This document shows positions 16,569 to 26,861 of a DNA stretch of 32,000 nucleotides, piece by piece. A program made the translations under genes and the position numbers. Positions within the stretch are counted from its first letter, which is position 1; each line of letters opens with the position of its first letter. The notes under the pieces are model-generated. The model saw nothing but the letters and a program-made list of their open reading frames with translations, made no database searches and was not told the DNA's origin. Source of the stretch: Aliivibrio fischeri (GTDB lineage: Bacteria; Pseudomonadota; Gammaproteobacteria; Enterobacterales; Vibrionaceae); NCBI RefSeq assembly GCF_009727955.1, contig NZ_WOBR01000004.1:23849-55848 (forward strand), written 5' to 3'.

Positions 16569-17366
16569 ATGAGTATCAGCAAAAAACGTGGCTTTATTCG
16601 CATTACCGATGAGAGTGAACTACAAAAAACGAATATTTGGGAATCCCCAGATTACTCTGATCCAAATAAACCTGCTCGTGAAACCGCTTTTAATTACGAT
16701 CCTAGTTGGACTCCATCGCTTCCAAAAGAAGAAGAACCGGAAGAATTTGTTTTAACAGAAGAAATCATTGAACAAATTAAGCAAGGTGCTTACAACGAAG
16801 GCTTAATGGAAGGCCAAGAGTTTGGCTACAAAGAAGGTTTAGAAAAAGGTCAAGCAGAAGGGTTTGAAGCTGGGAAACCTGAAGGTTATCAAGTTGGTTA
16901 TGATGAAGGAATTGCGGCAGGCCAAGCTGAAATTCAAGAACGTATCCAGCAATTAATTGCCATGGCAGACAAATTTGCAGAGCCATTAGCATTGCTTGAT
17001 TCTCAAGTCGAAAAACAGCTGATAGATATGGTGTTAGCACTGACTAAAGAAGTGGTTCATGTAGAAGTAAAAACAAACCCTCAAGTTATTTTAGATACGG
17101 TTCGAGAGTCTGTAGAAACACTGCCTGTTACTGAGCGTGAAATTAAAATTGCGTTAAATCCAGAAGATCACCAACGAGTTATTGAAGCGTATGGTGAAGA
17201 AGCGTTAACTCAAAAGCAGTGGACATTAACCGCAGAGCCGTCGATGAACTTAGGTGATATAAATATTCAAGCCTCTGATTCAAAAGTAAGTTATTTGCTA
17301 GAAGAGCGAATTAAGAGCGTACTAAACAAGTTCTGTGGTGTGAATCGTCATCAAGGAAATCAGTAA
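16569..17366 (+). CDS. fliH: flagellar export ATPase regulator FliH
   Basis: 265 aa. It has the glycine-repeat segment typical of FliH ([45 protein letters not shown]). The TAATG junction overlaps the fliI start. Confidence 0.9.
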   Translation: MSISKKRGFIRITDESELQKTNIWESPDYSDPNKPARETAFNYDPSWTPSLPKEEEPEEFVLTEEIIEQIKQGAYNEGLMEGQEFGYKEGLEKGQAEGFEAGKPEGYQVGYDEGIAAGQAEIQERIQQLIAMADKFAEPLALLDSQVEKQLIDMVLALTKEVVHVEVKTNPQVILDTVRESVETLPVTEREIKIALNPEDHQRVIEAYGEEALTQKQWTLTAEPSMNLGDINIQASDSKVSYLLEERIKSVLNKFCGVNRHQGNQ

Positions 17367-18685
17367 TGTTGTCATTATCTGAACGTTTATCTCAATATAA
17401 AACCACAGGCTTAACCACTCGCGCTATTGCCTCAGGTAAATTAGTGCGTGTTGTTGGTCTAACGCTTGAAGCAACAGGTTGTCGAGCACCTATTGGTAGT
17501 TCCTGTTTGGTTGAAACCGTAAATGGTGAGATCGAAGCCGAGGTTGTTGGCTTTTCAGGTGAAAACTTATTTTTAATGCCAAGCGAACAAGTTTCAGGTG
17601 TTTTACCTGGCGCTAAAGTTACTCCAATCGCCGATGGTAGTGGTATTCCTGTTGGTATGGAACTGCTTGGGCGTGTGGTGGATGGGGTCGGTAACCCTAT
17701 TGATGGTCTTGGTGAACTCTATACTGAGCATACCGCATCATTTACTTCTGAGCCAATTAACCCATTATCCAGAAAGCCGATTTCAGAACCACTTGATGTT
17801 GGTTTAAAAGCAATTAATGGTTTACTTACTGTCGGTAAAGGTCAACGTTTAGGATTATTTGCAGGTTCGGGTGTTGGTAAATCGGTAACACTAGGCATGA
17901 TGACTCGAGGTACAACTGCGCAAGTGGTAGTTGTAGGTCTAATTGGTGAGCGTGGACGCGAAGTAAAAGAATTCATCGAAGAAATTTTAGGCCCTGAAGG
18001 TCGTCAGCGCTCGGTTGTAGTCGCTGCTCCTGCCGATGCATCTGCATTGATGCGACTAAAAGGGTGCCAAACCGCATTAACCATTGCTGAGTATTTTCGT
18101 GATCAAGGCTTAGATGTTTTACTGTTAATGGATTCATTAACTCGTTTTGCTCAAGCACAACGTGAAATTGCCTTATCCGTTGGTGAACCACCAGCAACCA
18201 AAGGTTATCCGCCTTCTGTATTTGCAAAATTACCGGCATTGGTTGAACGAGCGGGTAATGGTAATGAAAACCAAGGTTCTATTACGGCATTCTTTACTGT
18301 ATTAACGGAAGGGGATGATTTACAAGACCCAATCGCCGATGCTTCACGTGCGATTTTGGATGGACACATTGTATTGTCTCGTGAAATGGCTGATGCAGGT
18401 CATTATCCAGCGATTGATGTTGAGAAATCTGTCAGCCGTGTTATGCCACAAATTACCGACGAAGAACATATGCTTATGTCTAAAGCGGTGAGACAAGTGT
18501 TGTCTACTTGCCGTAAAAACCAAGACTTGGTATCGATAGGTGCGTATAAGCCGGGTACTGATCCTGCTATTGACCAAGCATTCACGTTAAAACCAAGATT
18601 AGACGAATATCTACAACAGCGTATGAAAGAAAGTGTTCCATACGATATGTGTAAAAACATGCTTAAAATGTTGCTTAGTGGCTAA
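17366..18685 (+). CDS. fliI: flagellum-specific ATPase FliI
   Basis: 439 aa. Walker A GSGVGKS, Walker B VLLLMDS and F1-beta-like architecture are present. Confidence 0.97.
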   Translation: MLSLSERLSQYKTTGLTTRAIASGKLVRVVGLTLEATGCRAPIGSSCLVETVNGEIEAEVVGFSGENLFLMPSEQVSGVLPGAKVTPIADGSGIPVGMELLGRVVDGVGNPIDGLGELYTEHTASFTSEPINPLSRKPISEPLDVGLKAINGLLTVGKGQRLGLFAGSGVGKSVTLGMMTRGTTAQVVVVGLIGERGREVKEFIEEILGPEGRQRSVVVAAPADASALMRLKGCQTALTIAEYFRDQGLDVLLLMDSLTRFAQAQREIALSVGEPPATKGYPPSVFAKLPALVERAGNGNENQGSITAFFTVLTEGDDLQDPIADASRAILDGHIVLSREMADAGHYPAIDVEKSVSRVMPQITDEEHMLMSKAVRQVLSTCRKNQDLVSIGAYKPGTDPAIDQAFTLKPRLDEYLQQRMKESVPYDMCKNMLKMLLSG

Positions 18686-18695
18686 GGCATAGTAA

Positions 18696-19139
18696 ATGAC
18701 AAGTACTTTTGATTTCTTATTAGAGCAAGCCCAAGAAAGAGAAAACCAAGCGGTGATGGCATTGAATAAAGCCAAAGCTGAATTGGAAGACTTTTATGAG
18801 CAAGTAAAGCAGATTGAAAAATACCGTCTTGATTATTGTAATCAACTATTGCAGCGTGGTCAGCAAGGGTTAACTGCAAGCCAATATGGTCATTTAAATA
18901 AATTTTTGGTTCAGTTAGATGAAACATTAACCAAGCAAAAAAGTGCAGAATCCCATTTCACATCACAAGTGGATAATTGCCAAACTTATTGGCAAGAGAC
19001 TCGTAAGCAGCGACGATCTTATGAGTGGATGATGGACAAGAAAAAAGCAGAGCGACAAAAAATGTTGGATAAGCAAGAGCAAAAAATGATGGATGAGTTC
19101 TCAACCCTTCAATTTGCTCGCCGAAGTAAAACTGAATAA
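18696..19139 (+). CDS. fliJ: flagellar export stalk/chaperone protein FliJ
   Basis: 147 aa, coiled-coil rich and Q/K/E-rich. It lies after fliI, as expected. Confidence 0.85.
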   Translation: MTSTFDFLLEQAQERENQAVMALNKAKAELEDFYEQVKQIEKYRLDYCNQLLQRGQQGLTASQYGHLNKFLVQLDETLTKQKSAESHFTSQVDNCQTYWQETRKQRRSYEWMMDKKKAERQKMLDKQEQKMMDEFSTLQFARRSKTE

Positions 19140-19234
19140 TCATATTGAGTGATTGATTCAAGGTTTTTTAATTCATCAGTATTTTCCCTTCATAATCTTT
19201 CAAATTACCCCTCGCTGAGGTTAAGTGATAAAAG

Positions 19235-19250
19235 TGGCTTAATATTTGCT
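19235..19250 (+). promoter_or_regulatory. sigma54 promoter of the fliK-to-flhB operon
   Basis: TGGCTTaatatTTGCT, with GG at 19236-19237 and GC at 19248-19249. Confidence 0.75.
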
Positions 19251-19319
19251 TTAAAATAAGCAAAGCAGAGCCACTATCGCGCTCGTCAAAAAATCCACAC
19301 TCAATGTAGAGAACATACT

Positions 19320-20570
19320 ATGAGCAGTCATGACTTATCATTAAACGGTATTAATAAAACCGCGCCTGTAAAGCCAGATACTAAAACGGCTGCTGTAGAT
19401 AAACCAGAATCTGAAGGCTTTATTGAAGAGCTAAAAGAGGTAATGGGATTAAAGGAAAAAGACGACGCCAAAAAAACAACGGTTGATGAGAAAGGCGATG
19501 TTGAAAAAGGCGAAGCGAGCGAAAAATCGAAAGAGTCTGAATCTGTTGAAGCGAAAGAAGAAACAACAGAGGACAAAGTAAGCCAAGGTTCTGAATTATT
19601 ATCTCGTCTTGATCAAGCTAATAGCACATTAGTTGATAAAAAAGACGAAGCGAAAAAAGCCTCAGATGAAGAAGAATCATCTGACGAAGCCGAATCCTCA
19701 GATTCAAGTGATGCTGAAATGTTGCTTACTCAAGCAAGTATTGCCGCTGAAGGTGAGAAAAACAGCAGCAAAACCGTAGCTGAAAAAACAGATCCATTAA
19801 AAGAAATTCAATGGGGAAGTACTGCTAAATCGTCAACTCAAGTAGAGGGCGAAACGCAAAGCAAAGGTGAAGCCGCTGGTAATAAAGAATCAACGAAAGA
19901 ATTATTAACTTCTACTGCACTTATTGGTAAGGCAGAAGCTGAAGCTGGAAAGTTAGCAGAGGCGAAAAAAGCAAAAATGGATATCTCAGCACTTGGTATG
20001 ACTCAAGTTGCTAATGGTGAAGCGGTTAATTTAACTGAATCTAAAACCACAGATACCTTTGCACAGCAACTAGCACATGCGTCAGGTACGACAGCAACTC
20101 AACAAGCGGCAGCCGTTCAAGCGCAACGAGCAGACCCAATGAATGTGCCTTTAAATATTCGTCAAGAAATGGTGAGTGATGAAGTCGCTGAGCGCATCAA
20201 TATGATGATGGCGAAAAACCTCAAGCATGTTGATATTCGTTTAGATCCACCTGAAATGGGGCGTATGCACATTCGTCTGAATATGGGTGCAGATAGCGCA
20301 GGTGTGCAGTTTACTGTTTCAAACCAACACGCAAGAGATGCGATTGAACAAACATTGCCGCGTTTACGTGAAATGTTTGCTCAACAAGGGATCCAATTGG
20401 CCGATACATCAGTACAACAACAAAGTTCGGGTGATTCTTCACAATATGCTTACCAAAAAGAAGAGCATAGCAACCATGGTTCGGGTTTTAGTGAAGAGTC
20501 TTCAGAAGAGCACGAAATCAGTGTTCAAGTATCATCAAAACCGAATGATGGCATCAGTTTTTACGCGTAA
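19320..20570 (+). CDS. fliK: hook-length control protein FliK
   Basis: 416 aa. The acidic, low-complexity N-terminal two-thirds is followed by the C-terminal Flg_hook-type domain (VDIRLDPPEMGRMHIRLNM...VQFTVSNQHARDAIEQTLPRLREMFAQQGIQL). Confidence 0.88.
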   Translation: MSSHDLSLNGINKTAPVKPDTKTAAVDKPESEGFIEELKEVMGLKEKDDAKKTTVDEKGDVEKGEASEKSKESESVEAKEETTEDKVSQGSELLSRLDQANSTLVDKKDEAKKASDEEESSDEAESSDSSDAEMLLTQASIAAEGEKNSSKTVAEKTDPLKEIQWGSTAKSSTQVEGETQSKGEAAGNKESTKELLTSTALIGKAEAEAGKLAEAKKAKMDISALGMTQVANGEAVNLTESKTTDTFAQQLAHASGTTATQQAAAVQAQRADPMNVPLNIRQEMVSDEVAERINMMMAKNLKHVDIRLDPPEMGRMHIRLNMGADSAGVQFTVSNQHARDAIEQTLPRLREMFAQQGIQLADTSVQQQSSGDSSQYAYQKEEHSNHGSGFSEESSEEHEISVQVSSKPNDGISFYA

Positions 20571-20633
20571 ACACAATAATATAAATTAGCGACATTAGAA
20601 TAAAAATTAATAGTTATTTAAAGAGGAATGAGA

Positions 20634-21119
20634 ATGGCTGAACAAGGTGATGTGCCTAAAGGTAAGAAGAAACTAATGATCATTATTGCATTAGTTGCTT
20701 TATTACTGATTGGTGGAGGCGTTGCTGCTTGGTTCTTTATGTCAAGCGAGCCAGCACCAGAACCAACAGAGCAAGATATTGCCGCTTTGGAAGCGAATAT
20801 GCCTGCACTGTATTTAAATTTGCCTCAGCCATTTATCTTTAATGTGACCGGCGATAAACGTGACCGCTTAGTTCAATTAAAAGTACAGGTCATGATGCGT
20901 GGTGCTGATAATGAAGCCGTTGCTAAACAGCATACACCACTTATTGAGAGTGCTTTATTATCGACATTTGCTGCTGCAACCGTTGAACAACTAAGAGAGC
21001 CTCGTGGCCGAATTGAGCTACGTGAGCAAGCGACACGTGATATCCAAGATGCCTTTACTAAAATTACAGCTAAGCCTGTAGTTGAAAAAGTATTATTTAC
21101 CGACTTTGTAATGCAATAG
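20634..21119 (+). CDS. fliL: flagellar basal-body-associated protein FliL
   Basis: The ORF track ATG at 20628 directly abuts the SD AAGAGGA (20621-20627). The ATG at 20634 has normal spacing. There is a single TM segment (LMIIIALVALLLIGGGVAAWFF) followed by the FliL domain. Confidence 0.88.
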   Translation: MAEQGDVPKGKKKLMIIIALVALLLIGGGVAAWFFMSSEPAPEPTEQDIAALEANMPALYLNLPQPFIFNVTGDKRDRLVQLKVQVMMRGADNEAVAKQHTPLIESALLSTFAAATVEQLREPRGRIELREQATRDIQDAFTKITAKPVVEKVLFTDFVMQ

Positions 21120-21126
21120 GTTTAAT

Positions 21127-22161
21127 GTGACAGATCTACTATCCCAAGACGAAATTGATGCTCTACTCCACGGTGTAGATGATGTAGAAGATGATGTTGT
21201 CGGTAATGATGACAATGTAGGCTCAATGAAGAGCTTTGATTTCTCATCACAAGACCGAATCGTTCGTGGTCGAATGCCAACACTGGAATTGATTAACGAA
21301 CGTTTTGCACGCCATATGCGTATTAGCTTATTTAATATGTTAAGAAAAACTGCTGAAGTATCGATTAACGGTGTTTCAATGGTGAAATTTGGTGAGTATC
21401 AAAATACGTTATACGTACCAACCAGTTTAAACATGGTGCGCTTCCGCCCACTTAAAGGCACAGCCTTAGTAACAATGGAAGCTCGACTCGTCTTTATTTT
21501 GGTAGAGAACTTCTTTGGTGGTGACGGTCGTTTCCACGCTAAGATCGAAGGTCGTGAATTTACCCCAACTGAACGTCGTATTATTCAATTGTTGCTAAAA
21601 GTGATTTTTGAAGATTACAAAGAAGCTTGGTCGCCAGTAATGGGCGTTGAGTTTGAATACCTTGATTCAGAAGTAAACCCAACGATGGCAAACATCGTGA
21701 GCCCGACAGAGGTTATCGTTGTTAGCTCATTCCATATTGAAGTGGACGGTGGCGGTGGTGATTTCCACGTTGTTTTCCCATATTCAATGGTTGAACCTAT
21801 TCGTGAATTGCTTGATGCCGGTGTGCAAAGTGACAAGATGGACACTGATGTTCGTTGGAGCAAAGCACTACGCGATGAAATCATGGATGTTCCGGTAGAG
21901 ATGAAAGTTAACCTATTAGAGAGCCAAATTTCATTGCGCGATCTAATGGAGCTAGAAGCTGGCGATATCATTCCAGTGGAAATGCCAGAAGCAGCAACCG
22001 TATTTGTAGAAGACCTACCAACTTACCGCGGTAAAGTCGGTCAATCTAACGATAAATTAGCAATACAGATTACTGAGAAGATCAAGCGCCCAGATATGGT
22101 GAAAACGGACTTAGCCTTCCTAGGCAAAGACGTATTGTTTGATTTAGATGATGAAGAATAA
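21127..22161 (+). CDS. fliM: switch protein FliM
   Basis: 344 aa with a GTG start. The N-terminal LSQDEIDALL motif binds CheY-P. Confidence 0.96.
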   Translation: MTDLLSQDEIDALLHGVDDVEDDVVGNDDNVGSMKSFDFSSQDRIVRGRMPTLELINERFARHMRISLFNMLRKTAEVSINGVSMVKFGEYQNTLYVPTSLNMVRFRPLKGTALVTMEARLVFILVENFFGGDGRFHAKIEGREFTPTERRIIQLLLKVIFEDYKEAWSPVMGVEFEYLDSEVNPTMANIVSPTEVIVVSSFHIEVDGGGGDFHVVFPYSMVEPIRELLDAGVQSDKMDTDVRWSKALRDEIMDVPVEMKVNLLESQISLRDLMELEAGDIIPVEMPEAATVFVEDLPTYRGKVGQSNDKLAIQITEKIKRPDMVKTDLAFLGKDVLFDLDDEE

Positions 22162-22183
22162 GAAACAGAGAAGGTAGTGGATC

Positions 22184-22573
22184 ATGGATTCAAATGAACA
22201 ACAAATGGCTGACGAATGGGCAGCAGCATTAAGTGAAAGTGCAGAAGCTCAAGCAGTAACCGCACCTTTAGAAGATCTAGAAGAAAAAGCACCAGAGTTC
22301 AACGAAGATGAACGTCGCAAGCTTGATACGATTCTAGATATTCCTGTAACGATTTCTATGGAAGTAGGTCGTTCACACATTAGCATTCGTAACTTACTGC
22401 AACTAAACCAAGGTTCTGTTGTTGAACTTGACCGAATTGCTGGTGAGTCTTTAGATGTAATGGTTAATGGCACACTTATCGCTCACGGTGAAGTGGTTGT
22501 CGTGAATGACAAGTTTGGTATTCGTTTAACAGACGTTATTAGCCAAACTGAACGCATCAAAAAACTTCGTTAA
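22184..22573 (+). CDS. fliN: switch protein FliN
   Basis: 129 aa with a C-terminal SpoA domain (ILDIPVTISMEVGRSHISIRNLLQLNQGSVVELD...FGIRLTDV). Confidence 0.95.
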   Translation: MDSNEQQMADEWAAALSESAEAQAVTAPLEDLEEKAPEFNEDERRKLDTILDIPVTISMEVGRSHISIRNLLQLNQGSVVELDRIAGESLDVMVNGTLIAHGEVVVVNDKFGIRLTDVISQTERIKKLR

Positions 22574-22596
22574 TTGAACACGAATAGGGATTGGGT

Positions 22597-22983
22597 ATGA
22601 AAAAGCTATGGTTATTGGCATTAGTGCCTTTTCCTCTATTTGCAGCTGAAAAGGCTAATGTTGATTTAGCGGCAACATTAGGTTCGCTGATTTTTGTTAT
22701 TGCATTAATCCTCTTTTTTGCATGGTTATTAAAGAGAATGCGATTTCCTGGCGTAACAGGAACATCAGGCAGTGCGATGAGCATTGTTAAGCAACTGCCT
22801 GTTGGAACAAAAGAGCGAATCGCGGTCGTTCAAGTTGGAGAGGAGCAATTCTTAATCGGGATCACCTCTCAAAATATCAATATGCTAAGTAAGCTAGATA
22901 AGCCGTTAGAGGTAAATGAAAATACCATGACGCCTTTCTCTTCTCAACTTAGCCAACTGATGAAAAAAAATGCTAAAAACTAA
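22597..22983 (+). CDS. fliO: flagellar export protein FliO
   Basis: The ORF track uses the TTG at 22591. The ATG at 22597 (MKKLWLL...) behind TAGGGA is more plausible. The protein has a single TM segment and overlaps fliP by 14 nt. Confidence 0.8.
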   Translation: MKKLWLLALVPFPLFAAEKANVDLAATLGSLIFVIALILFFAWLLKRMRFPGVTGTSGSAMSIVKQLPVGTKERIAVVQVGEEQFLIGITSQNINMLSKLDKPLEVNENTMTPFSSQLSQLMKKNAKN

Positions 22984-23839
22984 TTTTATTGCCGCCGTCT
23001 TGGCGGCATTTTCACTCTTCTGTATGGCATCTCCTGCTTGGGCAGTAGATGATCTCGCTTCCTCTATTCCTCAAACTGCTGCTAGTGCTGAAGGCATGAC
23101 AGTTACTGCGATGGAAAAAGAGGCAGGAGCAGCAAAAACCATAGCAAAAGGCAGCAGTTCTGGTAGTGGTATTCCAGCATTTACCATGACAACCAATGCC
23201 AATGGCGGTGAAGATTACTCTGTAAACTTACAGATTTTAGGTTTAATGACCATGCTTGGCTTCTTGCCTGCAATGGTTATTTTAATGACCTCTTTTACCC
23301 GTATTGTCGTTGTGATGTCGATTTTGCGTCAGGCCATGGGTTTACAACAAACACCGTCAAACCAAGTCATTATTGGTATTGCGATGTTTTTAACGTTTTT
23401 CATCATGGCTCCGGTGTTTGATAAAGTAAATAACACGGCGATTCAGCCTTATATCAATGAAGAAATTACGGCTCGTGAAGCGTTTGATGTAGCGCAAGTT
23501 CCGATGAAAGAGTTCATGTTGGCTCAAACACGAGTAAAAGATTTAGAAACCTTTGTAAATATGTCAGGCGTTGAAGCCCAAAACCCAGAAGATGTACCAA
23601 TTACCGTGGTTATTCCTGCGTTTATTACTTCAGAGTTAAAGACCGCTTTCCAAATCGGTTTCATGCTTTTCTTGCCGTTCTTGATCATTGACTTGGTGGT
23701 GGCATCGGTATTAATGGCAATGGGTATGATGATGCTTTCTCCAATGATCGTATCATTACCGTTTAAGTTAATGTTGTTTGTATTAGTGGATGGTTGGAAT
23801 TTGATCCTGTCCACCCTCGCAGGCAGTTTTGCAACTTAA
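22970..23839 (+). CDS. fliP: export gate protein FliP
   Basis: 289 aa. A signal peptide ends in ...SPAWA. Conserved FliP segments are present ([28 protein letters not shown]). Confidence 0.95.
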   Translation: MLKTNFIAAVLAAFSLFCMASPAWAVDDLASSIPQTAASAEGMTVTAMEKEAGAAKTIAKGSSSGSGIPAFTMTTNANGGEDYSVNLQILGLMTMLGFLPAMVILMTSFTRIVVVMSILRQAMGLQQTPSNQVIIGIAMFLTFFIMAPVFDKVNNTAIQPYINEEITAREAFDVAQVPMKEFMLAQTRVKDLETFVNMSGVEAQNPEDVPITVVIPAFITSELKTAFQIGFMLFLPFLIIDLVVASVLMAMGMMMLSPMIVSLPFKLMLFVLVDGWNLILSTLAGSFAT

Positions 23840-23848
23840 GGAGCAATC

Positions 23849-24118
23849 ATGACCCCTGAAATGGCGATAGATTTATTCCGTGGTGCGCTTTACATGGTGC
23901 TTATCATGGTATGTGCCATCATTATTCCAAGCTTGTTAATTGGTTTAGTTGTTGCGGTATTCCAAGCGGCAACCTCGATCAACGAACAAACATTAAGTTT
24001 CTTACCGCGTCTTATTGTTACTTTGCTTGCTTTGATGCTGTTTGGGCATTGGATGACGCGTATGTTAATGGAATACTTTTATGAACTTATCGCTCGAATG
24101 CCAACGGTACTCTATTGA
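23849..24118 (+). CDS. fliQ: export gate protein FliQ
   Basis: 89 aa, two-TM hairpin protein. It lies between fliP and fliR. Confidence 0.93.
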   Translation: MTPEMAIDLFRGALYMVLIMVCAIIIPSLLIGLVVAVFQAATSINEQTLSFLPRLIVTLLALMLFGHWMTRMLMEYFYELIARMPTVLY

Positions 24119-24154
24119 CGTGTGCAGCTGAATTGATGCACATGAGCTAATGTT

Positions 24155-24937
24155 ATGGAATATCCAACTCAAATAGTTTTAGATTTTATAGCTACGTATT
24201 TCTGGCCTTATACACGTATTTCAGCCATGTTAATGGTGATGTCGGTATTTGGGGCTCGTTTTGTGTCGCCTCGAATTCGACTCTATCTTGGTTTGAGCAT
24301 TACTTTTGCTGTTATGCCTGCTATTCCTGCCATGCCACCTGAAATCCAATTGGTCTCTTTTCAAGGTTTTATGACCACAGCAGAGCAGATCATTATTGGT
24401 GTAGCCATGGGTATGGTTACTGTATTTGTTACTCAAACCTTTGTTCTTTTAGGGCAAATTTTGGGTATGCAATCGAGCTTGGGTTTTGCCTCTATGGTTG
24501 ACCCCGCTAATGGTCAGAACACGCCACTCCTTGGTCAATTATTTATGTTTTTATCGATTCTGTTTTTTTTAGGAACTGATGGACATTTAAAAATGATTAA
24601 CTTTGTGGTGATGAGTTTTACAACGTTACCTGTTGGGGTAGGCAAGCTCACCAGTGTAGATTATCAATCCATGGCAAGTTGGCTTGGTATTATGATGAAA
24701 GCTGGGTTAAGTATGTCGCTATCAGGCATTATTGCCTTACTGACGGTTAACCTTTCTTTTGGTGTAATGACGCGTGCTGCACCGCAATTAAACATCTTCT
24801 CGTTAGGTTTTGCTTTTGCTTTATTAGTTGGCCTATTACTGACTTCTTATATTATTTTGGGCTTGTTTAATCACTATGATCTGCATTGGCTGCGAGCTGA
24901 AGAGCAGATATGTAGCATGATCCGATTAGATTGTTGA
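24155..24937 (+). CDS. fliR: export gate protein FliR
   Basis: 260 aa, polytopic membrane protein. It lies between fliQ and flhB. Confidence 0.92.
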   Translation: MEYPTQIVLDFIATYFWPYTRISAMLMVMSVFGARFVSPRIRLYLGLSITFAVMPAIPAMPPEIQLVSFQGFMTTAEQIIIGVAMGMVTVFVTQTFVLLGQILGMQSSLGFASMVDPANGQNTPLLGQLFMFLSILFFLGTDGHLKMINFVVMSFTTLPVGVGKLTSVDYQSMASWLGIMMKAGLSMSLSGIIALLTVNLSFGVMTRAAPQLNIFSLGFAFALLVGLLLTSYIILGLFNHYDLHWLRAEEQICSMIRLDC

Positions 24938-24982
24938 TTATGAAACTTTTATTAATTAACACGACCGTGGAGGTCATTACAT

Positions 24983-26113
24983 ATGGCTGAGAGTGACGGT
25001 CAAGAACGTACCGAAGACGCCACGTCCAAACGCTTGCAACAGGCCAAAGATAAAGGGCAGGTTGCAAGGTCAAAAGAGCTCGCCTCTGTTTCTGTTTTGG
25101 TATGTGGTGCTGTTGCATTAATGTGGTTTGGGGAAGATGTCGCAAGAGCACTATTTTCTGTAATGGAACGCTTTTTTTCTATATCCAGAGAAGAAATTTA
25201 TGACACCAATAAATTGCTTGAAATCGTTGGTGGTGCATTGATTGCATTGGTTTTTCCTGTCTTTCTTATTTTGATCACTTTGTTTGTTGCAGCACTGGCT
25301 GGCGCTGCGGGTCTTGGTGGGATCAGCTTTTCATCTGAAGCGGCGATGCCAAAGTTTTCAAAAATGAACCCTATGTCGGGTATTAAACGTATGTTTGGTA
25401 TGCAGAGTTGGGTTGAGCTTTTAAAGTCTATTTTAAAGGTATCTCTTGTCGGGGGAATGGCTTTTTATTTAATCGAAGGCAGTAAGGAAGATCTGTTCCA
25501 ATTAAGCTTGGATACGTATCCCGCTAATATTTTTCACTCTCTAGACATATTATTAAATTTCATACTCTTAATCAGTTGTACTTTACTGATTGTTGTCGCT
25601 ATTGATATTCCCTTTCAAATTTGGCAACACGCGAATCAGTTGAAAATGACGAAACAAGAAGTAAAAGATGAATATAAAGAAACAGAAGGTAAGCCTGAAG
25701 TAAAAGGGCGTATCCGTATGCTTCAACGTGAAATGACTCAACGTCGTATGATGGCTGATGTGCCGTCTGCTGATGTTGTCGTTACTAACCCTGAACACTA
25801 CTCTGTGGCTTTACGATATGATCAAAGTAAAGATGCTGCACCGATCGTAGTTGCTAAAGGGGTCGATCATGTGGCGATGAAGATCCGTGAGATTGCACGT
25901 GAGCACAATATTGATATTTTACCTGCTCCACCATTGGCTCGTGCGTTATATCATTCAACTGAATTAGAACAGCAGATCCCTGATGGCTTATTTGCTGCGG
26001 TTGCACAGATTCTGGCGTATATATTCCAGATGAAGCAGTATAAGAAGAAAGGTGGTACTAAGCCTGAATTAGATGAAAGTACGCTGACTATTCCAGATGA
26101 ATTGAAAAAATAG
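24983..26113 (+). CDS. flhB: export switch protein FlhB
   Basis: 376 aa. The N-terminus begins MAESDGQERTEDATSKRLQQAKDKGQVARS. Four TM segments are present, plus the autocleavage motif NPEH (NPTH family) in VVVTNPEHYSVAL. Confidence 0.96.
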   Translation: MAESDGQERTEDATSKRLQQAKDKGQVARSKELASVSVLVCGAVALMWFGEDVARALFSVMERFFSISREEIYDTNKLLEIVGGALIALVFPVFLILITLFVAALAGAAGLGGISFSSEAAMPKFSKMNPMSGIKRMFGMQSWVELLKSILKVSLVGGMAFYLIEGSKEDLFQLSLDTYPANIFHSLDILLNFILLISCTLLIVVAIDIPFQIWQHANQLKMTKQEVKDEYKETEGKPEVKGRIRMLQREMTQRRMMADVPSADVVVTNPEHYSVALRYDQSKDAAPIVVAKGVDHVAMKIREIAREHNIDILPAPPLARALYHSTELEQQIPDGLFAAVAQILAYIFQMKQYKKKGGTKPELDESTLTIPDELKK

Positions 26114-26136
26114 ACAATAACCTAGTTTATTGTTTA
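26105..26136 (-). terminator. hairpin at the convergent flhB/PilZ gene junction; terminator-like for the minus-strand gene
   Basis: TAGACAATAA(26111-26120)-cctagt-TTATTGTTTA(26127-26136), 10 bp with one G-U pair. The arms contain the flhB TAG stop and the PilZ gene TAA stop. Read on the minus strand, the hairpin is followed by T6 (complement of A6 at 26105-26110). The stem is AT-rich and weak. Confidence 0.45.
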
Positions 26137-26804
26137 TCCCAGCCTTTAAGAACGCATTGGTGATGAAGAGTTTGTAACTCAGATTCACTGATGCCATCAC
26201 TATCAAACATCACTCCAATTTTCGATTGTGACTCTTTTACATCAATATTTTTAATTTCACCACGAACAGAAATCGGTTCAAGACTTTCGATCTCTATTGT
26301 GAGTGCAACTTTTTTATTTAGTAAGCTATCAGGGCTGAGTTTTGATGGTAATGCAACGGCACATCCACCGAAAGAAAAGTCTCTCATTACCCCTGTTAGA
26401 TTTTGTTCATTTACGGATAAATTACACGAAAATTTACTTTCAATGCGTCGGTGAGTTCGGATTGGTTTCATCGTAATGCTACTTGGTGCATGCAGACAAA
26501 TCATTTCCATTGGACGATAAATTACAGAATGAATTGTGGTTTTAAATGCGATGACATCACAATGTGTTGTGTTCGTAATTGCACGAAAAGTAACGTCAGC
26601 ACCTTCTAAATAGATTTTATTAAATTCAAGGGGAGGAGAGGATGGGTATTCAATAAAAACGTAATGTCCTTTTTTGAAGCCTATCAACTGTGAATTTGCT
26701 TGTGCTGACTGACCGTTTGGACATGTAATTTCGATGATGACGCGACCACCAATATCCATTTTATTAAGTACATTTTGATTTGTACTAAGCGATACACTAG
26801 ACAT
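26127..26804 (-). CDS. YcgR-like c-di-GMP-binding PilZ domain protein (putative flagellar brake/effector)
   Basis: 225 aa. PilZ signature RxxxR (R116-THR-R120) is followed after 21 residues by DxSxxG (D142-F-S-F-G-G147). About 105 aa of N-terminal domain is compatible with PilZN/YcgR-N. It is the only minus-strand gene in the window. Confidence 0.8.
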   Translation of the reverse strand: MSSVSLSTNQNVLNKMDIGGRVIIEITCPNGQSAQANSQLIGFKKGHYVFIEYPSSPPLEFNKIYLEGADVTFRAITNTTHCDVIAFKTTIHSVIYRPMEMICLHAPSSITMKPIRTHRRIESKFSCNLSVNEQNLTGVMRDFSFGGCAVALPSKLSPDSLLNKKVALTIEIESLEPISVRGEIKNIDVKESQSKIGVMFDSDGISESELQTLHHQCVLKGWDKQ

Positions 26805-26833
26805 AGCAGCACCAAGAGATAAATAAAGGAGGA

Positions 26834-26861
26834 ATTATACAAATTACAAAACCTTTTTCAA
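26834..26861 (-). promoter_or_regulatory. sigma70-type promoter candidate for the PilZ gene
   Basis: Read on the minus strand: TTGAAA(26861-26856)-N16-TATAAT(26839-26834), about 30 nt upstream of the ATG. The leader is C/T-rich and has no obvious SD. Confidence 0.45.

Noticed and set aside
16780-16930. Glycine-periodic repeat in FliH (EGxxEGxxxGxxEGxxxGxxEG...) considered as novel repeat structure.
   Set aside because: GxxxG-type glycine repeats are a known hallmark of the FliH/YscL family.
19320-20570. Hyper-acidic, serine-rich low-complexity region of FliK (for example EEESSDEAESSDSSDAE) considered as an anomaly.
   Set aside because: FliK N-terminal ruler regions are typically disordered, compositionally biased and variable in length. 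The conserved C-terminal domain is intact.
25775-25786. FlhB autocleavage site reads NPEH rather than the textbook NPTH.
   Set aside because: The catalytic Asn-Pro and the His are retained. As far as I know, the third position varies among FlhB and YscU homologs. This is not evidence of a defect.
6528-25798. Other antisense or alternate-frame ORFs within fliD, flrA, flrB, flrC, fliE, fliF, fliG (16124-16432), fliH, fliI, fliJ, fliK (19328-19576, 20287-20589), fliM, fliN, fliP, fliR, flhB, the PilZ gene (26191-26454) and flhG.
   Set aside because: Each is nested in a confidently identified flagellar gene and has no independent start signals or recognisable motifs. I treat them as frame shadows.
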